A DNA stretch of 64,000 nt from a virus. The stretch lies in IMG/VR virus record IMGVR_UViG_3300023719_000001, positions 1-64,000 of that record, one strand, 5' to 3'. Below, piece by piece: positions 29,581 through 39,028 of this stretch. How positions within the stretch are numbered: the first letter of the stretch is position 1; the number at the start of each line of letters is the position of its first letter. The position numbers were made by a program, and so were the translations under genes. Below the pieces are notes generated by a model, which was not told where the DNA came from, searched no databases, and saw nothing but the letters and a program-made list of their open reading frames with translations.

Positions 29581-31305
29581 TCAAATCACCTCAAAATCAA
29601 CAATCTGCGCCTGCGGAGTAACTTTGTTTCCGTACTGATTTAAAGACAACCGGCATACAGCATTGATGTATTTTTCTTCCTGATCACCATAGAAGTCATT
29701 ATTGATCCAGCCAATCATCCGGCCATTATCTGCAAAGCACACAAAATCAATGCCTTTTTCTTCATCAGAATACTTCCACATATTGCCGTTCTTGCCCATC
29801 GGAGCACATCCACTATGAATCAGCGGAATATTTTTAATGTAGAAATATGGCTCTGAGATTCCCTGTGCCCAGATTTTATGCATTTCATACATGGTCTTCG
29901 GCAATGCAACAGTCAGCCTACTATAGTCAAAATCAAAGTCAACCACGATTGCTTTGCTCATCGTGACATCTTTAAGCAGCTCATTACAATCCGCAATCGC
30001 CTTTGGCACATTTTCTTTCTTGATTTTCACGCCAGCAGCGTTGTCATGCCCAAGAACCGACTCAAAATCTCCGGTGCTCATCAGGAATTCTTTTAAGCTT
30101 TCAATTGGAGAACCATCAGGATTTCTCATTGAACCACCGTAATAGTCCGGCTCATCAGCAAATGTACGAAGTAACACACACGGTTTTGCATACATTTCAG
30201 CCAGCTTGATTGCCACAACACCAGTCAAAGTGTTATCGAGAATACCAGTAGAGTTACAGAAAAGAATCTTATTCTGGTCTGCACCATGCTTTTCAATCAG
30301 TTCCTGAAGCTCCGCAACAGCCTTGTCCTTAGTCTTGTTCTGCTGATACTTGCAAGAGGAGCACTCACGAGCCACATGCTGCGCCAGAGTCTCATCAACC
30401 GTGACACCGGCATTCTTGCCACGGGTCGGAGTATACTGGAACGTCTGTTCTTCACCGACCATTGCACGGAACATCCGCTTCTTCTGCTCGGATGAGCCAA
30501 CACGAATCAGTGCGTTCATCATCGGAACGATGTAAAACTGAACATCATTAATAGTCGAGTCACCCTTAATATTGAAGCTATTCGCCTCAACCAAAGCACA
30601 AATCATCGGATTTACAATTCGTGCCAGACCTTTTGTACAAAGACGTTTTGTCTCATACGAGTGCATATCCATAACATCACCGATGTTTCCGACTGCCACC
30701 AGATCAAGATACCGGTCTGCAACATCAGTCCAATTATATTCATCAACAGCCTGAAGAAACTTATACACTACGCCAGCGCCAGACAATTCCTTATTAGGAT
30801 ATGTACCGTTCTGGTTGTTGACGATTACTGCGTAAGGATTTTCTCTATCACAGATATGATGGTCAAGAATCAAAATATCAATGCCATTTTCGCGGAGTTC
30901 CTTACACTGCTCGACATCGTTGCTGCCAGCATCAGGAATAATCAGTAAGGTAGTTTCAGGTGGAACCTCAATTTCTTTAGAGAGTCCATGTTCCTTGCCA
31001 CTATGATGCAGAACATTGATTTTTCCAAAATAACCAATCGTCTTCAAATACTGAAACATCATTGAAGCACTTGTGAATCCATCCACATCACAGTCTACAA
31101 GGATAGAGATAATAGACTTATTCCAGATATGTTTGTTCAATAGCCTGACAGCATCTTCCATGTTGTCCAGTTCCCACGGAGAATTCAGACAAGAATCATC
31201 TAGGTTCATGTAAGTCTTATAATCCTCAACCCCTCTGTTCTCCATAATCGTTCCAATCGGGTCGGATAGGTCATTCCTACTCCCCTTCCAGAGTTTTACA
31301 TTCAT
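29581..31305 (-). CDS. DHH-family phosphoesterase / RecJ-like ssDNA exonuclease
   Basis: 574 aa; DHH motifs DCDVDG and LILDHH, DHHA1-like GHDNAAG. Confidence 0.7.
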   Translation of the reverse strand: MNVKLWKGSRNDLSDPIGTIMENRGVEDYKTYMNLDDSCLNSPWELDNMEDAVRLLNKHIWNKSIISILVDCDVDGFTSASMMFQYLKTIGYFGKINVLHHSGKEHGLSKEIEVPPETTLLIIPDAGSNDVEQCKELRENGIDILILDHHICDRENPYAVIVNNQNGTYPNKELSGAGVVYKFLQAVDEYNWTDVADRYLDLVAVGNIGDVMDMHSYETKRLCTKGLARIVNPMICALVEANSFNIKGDSTINDVQFYIVPMMNALIRVGSSEQKKRMFRAMVGEEQTFQYTPTRGKNAGVTVDETLAQHVARECSSCKYQQNKTKDKAVAELQELIEKHGADQNKILFCNSTGILDNTLTGVVAIKLAEMYAKPCVLLRTFADEPDYYGGSMRNPDGSPIESLKEFLMSTGDFESVLGHDNAAGVKIKKENVPKAIADCNELLKDVTMSKAIVVDFDFDYSRLTVALPKTMYEMHKIWAQGISEPYFYIKNIPLIHSGCAPMGKNGNMWKYSDEEKGIDFVCFADNGRMIGWINNDFYGDQEEKYINAVCRLSLNQYGNKVTPQAQIVDFEVI

Positions 31306-32324
31306 TTAATTCTCCTAACACAATTCTCAATCAATGCCTTAAATTTTTCAGGATTATCAGTCGGGGCTTCCTTTTCATCCAGAATCCCTTTATCGTCTAC
31401 TACAGCATACACACTTACGCCATCGACGAATCGATTGGCGAGAACCATAAGCTCACTAAGCTGAACGTCTTTATCAAAGACGAAACAAATATCAACGCAA
31501 AGACGTGTCAAAATTTCAATTTGATTTTGTGAAACCTTCTTACCGCCAGTCGCCACACAGTTGCAGACATCCATGTTCCACATCTGCATGACAGACTTTT
31601 CAGCTTCACCAACATATACTAGACCTTTATTCTTAATGTACGGCTCTGTCTTATACAGGCCATACAGAATACGGTTTCTGGCACACGGCTCAAGATATAG
31701 ATACTTTAATTCACCTTCAGGCGGCTTGCCAAAATATCTTCCCTTTACACCAACCAGAGTGCCAATTTCATCTCTAATTGGAATCGTGATTCTATTTGTC
31801 AGTTCATCAAAGCCAATCTCAAACTCCTGCTGCGTCTCATAAGATATCCCATCGTCAGCAAAAATCTGGTTCACATAAGGTTTGTAATAACCGAGGATGG
31901 CTTCAGAGATGGGGACTATCGGACGGTCATCCTCGTGTTCTTCACCTTCACTTTGCATGGCGATGAGTTCTTTTAGAATCAACATACTTTTAGGAAGGTC
32001 TTCCTCGAAGTTGTGATAGTAGTCAAGTCCAACCCATTCGCAGATTTGCTTAATAGCTTTTGGGAAAGACAGTTCCAGAAAGAACTGGACGACAGAAATC
32101 AAATCGTAACTGGTCTTTCCATTGGCAATATCTCGTGTGTAATCTACCGCAGTAAGATTTTCATTCTCGTAGATACAGAGTGCCGTTCTATTGTCACCAT
32201 CTGGATTTGCACACTGGTAATAACCAGCCTTGTGACTGATATGATGACAACCAAGTTCCTCCAGAATCGGTTCAATCTGCTGTTCTTCAAGAATGTAATT
32301 TTTCAGATCTGCGATATTTACCAT
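31302..32324 (-). CDS. DNA primase (zinc-binding N-terminus + TOPRIM)
   Basis: 340 aa; N-terminal Cys/His cluster, TOPRIM-like GEAEKS...DKD segment; immediately downstream of the helicase gene. Confidence 0.55.
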   Translation of the reverse strand: MVNIADLKNYILEEQQIEPILEELGCHHISHKAGYYQCANPDGDNRTALCIYENENLTAVDYTRDIANGKTSYDLISVVQFFLELSFPKAIKQICEWVGLDYYHNFEEDLPKSMLILKELIAMQSEGEEHEDDRPIVPISEAILGYYKPYVNQIFADDGISYETQQEFEIGFDELTNRITIPIRDEIGTLVGVKGRYFGKPPEGELKYLYLEPCARNRILYGLYKTEPYIKNKGLVYVGEAEKSVMQMWNMDVCNCVATGGKKVSQNQIEILTRLCVDICFVFDKDVQLSELMVLANRFVDGVSVYAVVDDKGILDEKEAPTDNPEKFKALIENCVRRIK

Positions 32325-32333
32325 TGTAGTTCC

Positions 32334-33857
32334 TTACTTTCTGGTGCAGACACCGACCTCTTTCCAGACATTCTGATTCAAATTCACTTCAAACATGATT
32401 TTCTTTTTCTCACCAAAGCGGTTCTTATCGATGTTTCCAACGTAATACCGCTTATCTGGATTTAGCCGATGGGCACAGTCACCGCCCCACTCAGGGTCAT
32501 GAGAGATGTATTGATACTTCGCGAACTTATCTTTTGGAATCTCCTTGAACAGAACCATCGTCCAAGCAACATGCTTAATCATTTTTGACTCAGCAATGTT
32601 GTTTGAATTCAGCTCATCAGGAAGATACTCATGAGCGTTTTCGGCCAACTGGATACTACCGTAGATAAAGATCTTCAGATTTTTCGCAATCTCTTCAAGT
32701 TCGGTGGCCGTGACCTTGAACGCCGCCCATTCACCAATAGATGCAATATCGTTCTTTAAAGTATCATAGAACACATACTTAACTCCCTGAGTGAGAGCTG
32801 CCTTCTGGATTTCAAATCGCAGAGACTTATCACTATAATCAGCAGAAACATCTTTTGCGATAATCAAGCCTTGTGATTCGTTCTCAATCCACTGGCAAAC
32901 ATCAAGCACATTGCGGTACTCTTCGCTTTCTTCGTAGACACGAGCGGTAAACTCATCAATGCTTTCTATGTATTCTCCATCTTCGTTTTGCTTTCGGAAG
33001 ATGAAGTTTCCATTTGCATCCCGGTACATTCCAAGGGTGATTTCTCGCTCATCCTTGTGGAAGCGATGACCATGCAACTCTTGAAATTCAGGATTATTGA
33101 TGGCGGTGACCAGTAAGCAATACCGGACTGACTCAAGATCCATCTCGTTTAGCAGCAGAAGAGCTTTTTGCTTTTGAACCAATGTGACGTAGGCAACAAT
33201 CGCCATCATGTATCTAGTCTTACCAGCATTAGATGGCATACCATTGAACATCACAGTGCCAAGCTTCAATCCTCGGAACAAATCATTCATGATAGGATAC
33301 TGGAACGGCAAACCCATATCGGGAACGCTCAGACGTTCATTGACCATTGGTAGCAGACCATTATTCAAAATCTCAGCATCATCGTTTGTGATAATAACCG
33401 TATTGATCTTGTCGGCCTTGCCACGAATCAATTTATAAATGTCCTGAGCACCAAACATTTCAAACTGTCGATGCTTCAAGATTCCTTCAATGTTAAATCC
33501 GTTTCTCTGATACTCACGAAGTAGCGAATATTTCTTCAAGATATTAAAGTATCCCTTGATGTCATCGTCATTCGCAAGGCTCATGTAGTATTCAATGGTT
33601 GACCAGCCCTTCAGCCGCTTGTATTGGGACAATCTGGACTCATCTTCAGCCATAAACGTTAAAACAGACGTTTTATTAAATTCTTGAGTCCGAGTTTCAT
33701 AAATAATTAACGCTGCATCGTAGAAAAATTTTGTTGCTTCATCGGCAAAATCGTACTTGCTCTTGACATAATGCCCATACTCGACCAAATAGTCAGGATG
33801 CTTGTAAATTGCGCCAACAAATAGAATTTCGTTCGGGATATTTGAAATGAGTTCCAC
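32334..33857 (-). CDS. DnaB-like replicative DNA helicase
   Basis: 507 aa; Walker A FNGMPSNAGKT, RecA-like C-terminal core. Confidence 0.8.
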   Translation of the reverse strand: MELISNIPNEILFVGAIYKHPDYLVEYGHYVKSKYDFADEATKFFYDAALIIYETRTQEFNKTSVLTFMAEDESRLSQYKRLKGWSTIEYYMSLANDDDIKGYFNILKKYSLLREYQRNGFNIEGILKHRQFEMFGAQDIYKLIRGKADKINTVIITNDDAEILNNGLLPMVNERLSVPDMGLPFQYPIMNDLFRGLKLGTVMFNGMPSNAGKTRYMMAIVAYVTLVQKQKALLLLNEMDLESVRYCLLVTAINNPEFQELHGHRFHKDEREITLGMYRDANGNFIFRKQNEDGEYIESIDEFTARVYEESEEYRNVLDVCQWIENESQGLIIAKDVSADYSDKSLRFEIQKAALTQGVKYVFYDTLKNDIASIGEWAAFKVTATELEEIAKNLKIFIYGSIQLAENAHEYLPDELNSNNIAESKMIKHVAWTMVLFKEIPKDKFAKYQYISHDPEWGGDCAHRLNPDKRYYVGNIDKNRFGEKKKIMFEVNLNQNVWKEVGVCTRK

Positions 33858-33874
33858 TCATCCACCTCCCTCTT

Positions 33875-34567
33875 TTATATCTCATCGAGAATTGCATTTA
33901 TATCAATTTCGTTCTCGTTTTTACTCTGTTTCGGTGCTGTTTTCATCCGTTTCAGTACCGTTTCAGTCAGATTTTCCTTCATTTTTTCTTCGCTTTCACT
34001 GCGAATCGAAGCTAGTCTTTCTTTTCGATCGAGATAACTAGGATATTGAGCCAATAAAACAGCCAAGTCGTAATTCCATCGCTGACTCATATCACAACCC
34101 TTTGCTTCTTTCTCGGCAACTATCTTATCTAGTCGGGGTTTCGCTAGAACCCACATATCGTAAAGTTCTAGCGGAGGAATAGAACCTCTGTATTTGTAAT
34201 AATTACCGGAAATTAACTGCGCAAGTTTCGAGTAGAAGCTACCAGGAACAACCGCCGGGGCGTATATATCTCGAATATGGTCGAAAAGAATCTTTTTCTC
34301 TTCCTGTTTGATATGTGCAAGCTCACGATTGTGGTCTTGTTCTCTCTTTTTGGAAAGAAGATCATCGACCTTTTTGTCCGTAGTGTCATTCACTTTGTCA
34401 AAAAATGCCCTTAGCAGGTCATCTGTCCAAGGGCGTTTTTGATTTTTCTTTTTTTCTACAAAACAATCCTTATGGTAAAAACCAGTCTTGTCGTAGAAAA
34501 ACGTGCTACGGTCTCGCTCGATGAAAATGTTCTTCCCGCAAATCTTGCATTTACGGGTTAGTTCCAT
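33875..34567 (-). CDS. hypothetical protein with N-terminal zinc ribbon (possible helicase-loader / replication accessory)
   Basis: 230 aa; CKICGKN...; stop/start overlap with the helicase operon. Confidence 0.4.
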   Translation of the reverse strand: MELTRKCKICGKNIFIERDRSTFFYDKTGFYHKDCFVEKKKNQKRPWTDDLLRAFFDKVNDTTDKKVDDLLSKKREQDHNRELAHIKQEEKKILFDHIRDIYAPAVVPGSFYSKLAQLISGNYYKYRGSIPPLELYDMWVLAKPRLDKIVAEKEAKGCDMSQRWNYDLAVLLAQYPSYLDRKERLASIRSESEEKMKENLTETVLKRMKTAPKQSKNENEIDINAILDEI

Positions 34568-35715
34568 TAAGCCAGTTCCTTCTCCATGACTGCGGCGACC
34601 TTCTTCAGTTCCTCAATATCAGTCATAGAACGGAATGCAGTAGACAGGCCAGCCGCCTTAACAGCCTTCTGTGCTGCGCTCTTCTTCACAGGAGAAGCAG
34701 AAGCAATCAGGTCATTCAGCTTTGCCTTAATGTCATCCAGAGAAGGCTCTTTATTGTCGGAACTCTTATCTGCCGGAGCATCATCCGGCTCATCGTTTTC
34801 GATACCAAGGTCACGCATACTCAGCTTAACCTCAGTCTTAACAGCATCGTTCAGGCCGTTCTTGATGACGTTCTCCCGATTCTTTGCGCTACTAGAGATA
34901 ATGTCCTGATACTCAAGCAGGGTCAAATCCTCAACGACCTCACCACCCTTGTGCATACCAGTACGATCCTTATCGAAGAAAGCAAGCTGCTGACCATCTT
35001 GGAAGTACAGACGGAACTCAGTATCAACGTTGTACTCCTGACCAGCGAAGCCATCAGGAATCTTGCGACCAGTGGGCTCACTTACGATAGAACCATTCAC
35101 AACCTTGGTATGCTTCTCATCCTTCTCACGGCAGATGACGATGTAGTTTACGCCAGATGCATTCAGATCCAAAATCAGAGACTGACCCTTGAAGTTCAGG
35201 GTATTGAAATCCTTGAGTTCCATGCCAGCACCCTCAATCTTAACTGCCTTTTCATCACCGGTCAGACCCTGAGATGCAGCCTTAACCTTGGCACGCTTCT
35301 GCGAGAAGGCGGTGAGGCCCTGGGTAGCTGTCATCTTAAGAATGGATGCGGAGTCAACAACCAGAGCGTCTGCACGGAACGGCTTGCCATCTGCGTCCAG
35401 ATAAACATCACCATTCTCATCCTCGATATCCTCATCGTTGGTAACCATCTTGATATAATCCTGAACTTCTGCCAGAGACTGGGTGTAAACAATCAGCAGA
35501 TTGTCAGGATTCACACCATTGGCTTCCAGTTCCTCAGTATAGTTATCAATAGAACCATTCTCGGTATCCAGATACAGAACACGGAACGGCTTGCCGTCTG
35601 CATTCTTCAAATAGCACAGCTGCATAGCAGTACGAGACTTACCAGTTCCCTGTTCACCATAAATCAGCATATGAAGCTTCTTACGAACAGCAGATGCCTT
35701 ACGAATCATAGCCAT
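34567..35715 (-). CDS. Sak4-like RecA-superfamily ATPase
   Basis: 382 aa; Walker A YGEQGTGKS near the N-terminus; adjacent to the putative SSB. Confidence 0.5.
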   Translation of the reverse strand: MAMIRKASAVRKKLHMLIYGEQGTGKSRTAMQLCYLKNADGKPFRVLYLDTENGSIDNYTEELEANGVNPDNLLIVYTQSLAEVQDYIKMVTNDEDIEDENGDVYLDADGKPFRADALVVDSASILKMTATQGLTAFSQKRAKVKAASQGLTGDEKAVKIEGAGMELKDFNTLNFKGQSLILDLNASGVNYIVICREKDEKHTKVVNGSIVSEPTGRKIPDGFAGQEYNVDTEFRLYFQDGQQLAFFDKDRTGMHKGGEVVEDLTLLEYQDIISSSAKNRENVIKNGLNDAVKTEVKLSMRDLGIENDEPDDAPADKSSDNKEPSLDDIKAKLNDLIASASPVKKSAAQKAVKAAGLSTAFRSMTDIEELKKVAAVMEKELA

Positions 35716-35743
35716 ATATGTAAATTCCTCTCTAAATCTTTTA

Positions 35744-36037
35744 TTAAACTTTCAAACACTCATACCACGGATCACCCGTTTCAACTGCATGAGCAACATA
35801 ATCCAACTGACGGGTGATGTTATCCACACTATCAACCAGAAGGTCTTTACACCCTACCGGAACAGCACCACCATTGCATTCCGCGTCGGCTTTAGCTTCT
35901 GCAATAATCTCAGGATGCGTAGTAAACACAATAGACATCATCGGAGAGTCTTCTTCAGGTTCCTTTTCAAGCGCTTCGATGTAGACAATGTAAAATTTCA
36001 TACCATTATAAGCGGTATACTCAAGAGTATTCTGCAT
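35744..36037 (-). CDS. hypothetical protein
   Basis: 97-aa ORF with AAGGAG RBS and upstream motif M4. Confidence 0.4.
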   Translation of the reverse strand: MQNTLEYTAYNGMKFYIVYIEALEKEPEEDSPMMSIVFTTHPEIIAEAKADAECNGGAVPVGCKDLLVDSVDNITRQLDYVAHAVETGDPWYECLKV

Positions 36038-36052
36038 AACTAAACTCCTTAT

Positions 36053-36073
36053 GTATCCTGTATTGCATAGCTA
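36053..36073 (-). promoter_or_regulatory. conserved phage motif copy M4 (GTATCCTGTATTGCATAGCTA)
   Basis: 15 nt upstream of the gene start at 36037. Confidence 0.4.
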
Positions 36074-36086
36074 ATGCTAAAATAAA

Positions 36087-37187
36087 TTAACCCCAGTCGT
36101 CCTCTTCCTCATTTGCAGGAGTTGCAGTAGACTTGTTGGAACCACCCCACCAAGAAGTGTCGTTCTCAGCAGCCTTGCCGTCGAAGTCCTTCTTAGCCTG
36201 AGTATTGGCAGCAATCTTTGCCCGTGCCTCGGAGATATTGTCCTCTGTGTAAGTAGGTTCCGCATCCTTGTCGCCAGGGTTCGGATCAAAGGAATCAGGA
36301 TTAACGCCCTCAATATACAGCTTACGAACTGCCGGAGTGCTCTGGCGCTTCATCTTATTAGGACCACCCCAGATATTCTCGGTCTCAACTTCCTCAACCT
36401 TCTGCTGATTGACAATGGGGCCAAAACACTCAAAGCTAGTATAAGACTTCAGACGCTTACGAATAGAATCAGCCAGAACCTTATTCTGAGTGTTTGCCTT
36501 ATAGTCAATGAAAAGCTCTGCGTCCTCAATGGTGTTGTAGTTCACAATTTTTGCATCAACAACTACTTCATCATCCTCATCACTCTTGCGGCAACCAGTG
36601 TAAACAATGGTCTGAGTAAACAGAGCCAGCTCCTCGAAACCCTCTGCATCGAAGTCGATTTCCTTAGAGCTCAGAGAAACCTGAGTAGGAACAAATCGAA
36701 TCTGGTGCTTATCGTTGTAAGTGCTGTACTCGATGTTACCACGGACATACACGTTGTCACCGTCATGCAGATTCTCGGAAATCTCCTTAGCTGCATCAAA
36801 ATCGGTCAGAGTCTTGTTATCATTGACGACCTTACCAGACTCATTCGTCTTCTTGGTAACACCGACCTTGACGCCAATCATATCATAGCCTTCCGGTGCA
36901 ACATAAGTCAGACGATCCTTCCAAGCGACTTCCTTCTTATCCTTCTCGATGCCCTTGTCCTTATCGGCACGGCGGAAGAAATAAACCTTATCACGAGGCA
37001 TACCAGCCAGATCAACATAGAAAGTGTTTTCATTGGAAGTCTGAATGCCAAAGCTCAGGACACGGCGCATAGCACCACTCTTAGTCTCCTTCTCGTTATA
37101 GAAGTTGCTACGCTGGGTGCCGGTGACCTTACCAGCCATCTCAAAAGAACCACGGGTCTGAGGAAGATTAAAAATTCTATCTGCCAT
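36087..37187 (-). CDS. putative ssDNA-binding protein
   Basis: 366 aa; acidic C-terminal tail ...ANEEEDDWG; partnered with the Sak4-like gene. Confidence 0.4.
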   Translation of the reverse strand: MADRIFNLPQTRGSFEMAGKVTGTQRSNFYNEKETKSGAMRRVLSFGIQTSNENTFYVDLAGMPRDKVYFFRRADKDKGIEKDKKEVAWKDRLTYVAPEGYDMIGVKVGVTKKTNESGKVVNDNKTLTDFDAAKEISENLHDGDNVYVRGNIEYSTYNDKHQIRFVPTQVSLSSKEIDFDAEGFEELALFTQTIVYTGCRKSDEDDEVVVDAKIVNYNTIEDAELFIDYKANTQNKVLADSIRKRLKSYTSFECFGPIVNQQKVEEVETENIWGGPNKMKRQSTPAVRKLYIEGVNPDSFDPNPGDKDAEPTYTEDNISEARAKIAANTQAKKDFDGKAAENDTSWWGGSNKSTATPANEEEDDWG

Positions 37188-37332
37188 ATCAAGTCTCCTT
37201 TATGTAATTTTGTTTCATTGATAATCACTTATGTTTCTTTTTATTGTCTTGAATCAATTCATGCACTATTCATTTTATGTATTATCCTCCGTCTGTCTTA
37301 TTGATGGCTTATATTTCATACGGCACTCGCCG

Positions 37333-37545
37333 TTAGAAATCGTCCTTTAAGGGATTATGTACAAACATTGCGCCGAGCACTACTGGGAGCCGTTCTGAAC
37401 ACTCAGGACACAAATCAAAACTCAAAAGCGAACCGTCAAGCTGGCTACCATAAGAGTATTGATGCTCAAAACTGATTCCCTGCTCGCTACCTATCGGCTT
37501 GATTTCACGACCACACCAGTTACATATTTTCTTACATGTGTTCAT
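37333..37545 (-). CDS. hypothetical zinc-finger protein
   Basis: 70 aa; CNWCG...CPEC. Confidence 0.35.
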   Translation of the reverse strand: MNTCKKICNWCGREIKPIGSEQGISFEHQYSYGSQLDGSLLSFDLCPECSERLPVVLGAMFVHNPLKDDF

Positions 37546-37562
37546 ACGGCATCACCCCATTT

Positions 37563-37841
37563 TTAATATTCTCTATCACGGAACATTTTAGATTGAGCAC
37601 GAGTCAGTCTGTTGTTCCGACCATGCTTAGGTCTGAATGCGGACTGCAGTTTGTTATTTGCATATTCGAGATCGCTCTCCAAAATCTTCGCAGCTTCTTC
37701 AATATAATCTCGAATTGCACAATACTGGTCACTGCTAATACAGTGTGTCTTTAGATAATCAAGCATATCGACTGCCTGATTCTTCAAAAGAAGCGTATCT
37801 TCAAGCTGAGTTTTACGCCGTTGGAAGAATTCCTCGTTCAT
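37563..37841 (-). CDS. hypothetical protein
   Basis: 92-aa ORF. Confidence 0.35.
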   Translation of the reverse strand: MNEEFFQRRKTQLEDTLLLKNQAVDMLDYLKTHCISSDQYCAIRDYIEEAAKILESDLEYANNKLQSAFRPKHGRNNRLTRAQSKMFRDREY

Positions 37842-38230
37842 TACTCATCGCCTCCTTCGATAGTAATAAGATAGGTCCTGTTTTCATATGCAGCCCAGTC
37901 AAGATTTTGTCCACACAGTTTGCAAACTTTCTCCTTCCAATTTACCGGATTGCCGCACGTTGGACATTGATAAAGCTTACAATGATTTGTCGGATAAGAA
38001 AGAATCGGCATTTCTGGTTTATTTTCTGCTTGGTTTACCAGAAGTTTGACAAACCTTATGTACTTGTCTGCATAACATAATATCATCTCGTAAGCATGAG
38101 TGGTATGTTCACGAGGGCGAAATTCACCATCTGTATGACCAAGACGAATCTGTTTTTCCATGATTTCTTTCGCTTCATCGAAAGTCATCTTTTCAATTTC
38201 ACGTTTTGTAGCGTGCAGCCAATCTTTCAT
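37841..38230 (-). CDS. hypothetical zinc-ribbon protein
   Basis: 129 aa; CPTCGN...CKLCGQ. Confidence 0.4.
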   Translation of the reverse strand: MKDWLHATKREIEKMTFDEAKEIMEKQIRLGHTDGEFRPREHTTHAYEMILCYADKYIRFVKLLVNQAENKPEMPILSYPTNHCKLYQCPTCGNPVNWKEKVCKLCGQNLDWAAYENRTYLITIEGGDE

Positions 38231-38505
38231 AATACACCACTTTCAGCAAACGCATAGTTATGCTTTGCATTCTTATCTGTCCATACGCCCCAATCCATCT
38301 TGTGATGACAATCAGAACATTCACACTCGAACTTTTCCAGTTTCGTCACACAAAACGGACAGAGATACGTGTTCTTCTCCTTCTGAAAGATAGGACTTGC
38401 TGGAATGCTCAAAGAACCTGGGTCGATGGTTACATTGATAGGAATTTTGCTGTTCATCGTGTTACCTCTTATTTGAATTAGCCTTTTATGAGATTTTCTT
38501 ATCAA
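38227..38505 (-). CDS. hypothetical zinc-ribbon protein
   Basis: 92 aa; CPFC...CECSDC. Confidence 0.35.
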   Translation of the reverse strand: MIRKSHKRLIQIRGNTMNSKIPINVTIDPGSLSIPASPIFQKEKNTYLCPFCVTKLEKFECECSDCHHKMDWGVWTDKNAKHNYAFAESGVL

Positions 38506-38911
38506 GCTTCCGCAGTTCTAACTTACTTGGAAGAAAATTTCTACAGAAGTATGCACTTCCAAACGACACTCCCTCGACAGGACTGTCTGTGTGTTCAGGG
38601 TCCATAAATCCGATTCGAGAATCAAAACACAACATCTGTACATCATTTTTAAAAATGTCAAATCGTGTTTTCCCCTGAATACTATTTGCAGGAAGCAGTA
38701 GAGCAAACGGTTTTTCAAGTTCATATGCTCTACGCAGCACATCATCCTTCTTACTAAAAGGAGGATTCGAAATCATAACATCCCAACGTTCTGGTTCATA
38801 TGTAAAGAAATCTTGCCCATTATCGATATGGCTACACTCTACTTTGTACCCAGCATTTCTAAACACCTGCACAAAAGCAGACCATTCTTTATCAAACGGA
38901 CACCAAATCAC
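38486..38911 (-). CDS. N6-adenine DNA methyltransferase-like protein (Dam-like; NPPF motif), possibly 5'-truncated or split
   Basis: 141 aa from a GTG start; catalytic motif IV DVMISNPPFS; no AdoMet motif I within the ORF; a short upstream ORF in another frame ends in GTGA overlapping the start. Confidence 0.5.
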   Translation of the reverse strand: MIWCPFDKEWSAFVQVFRNAGYKVECSHIDNGQDFFTYEPERWDVMISNPPFSKKDDVLRRAYELEKPFALLLPANSIQGKTRFDIFKNDVQMLCFDSRIGFMDPEHTDSPVEGVSFGSAYFCRNFLPSKLELRKLDKKIS

Positions 38912-38924
38912 TGCTTCACTCGAC

Positions 38925-38930
38925 GGGGGG
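38925..38930. repeat. G6 homopolymer tract immediately upstream of the Dam-like gene
   Basis: cgacGGGGGGcaaa; a 1-nt length change would fuse the upstream reading frame to the MTase ORF. Confidence 0.5.
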
Positions 38931-39028
38931 CAAATTCAAGCAATGGAATAACCGCGTAAACCGGTGTGTATCGCTCATCGCCTGCCGCAGATCGGTCAGC
39001 TGTTAAATATCCTTTGTTTTCTGGCAAA

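Noticed and set aside
34951-35817. 288-aa plus-strand ORF
   Set aside because: Antisense to the Sak4-like ATPase gene; no independent support.
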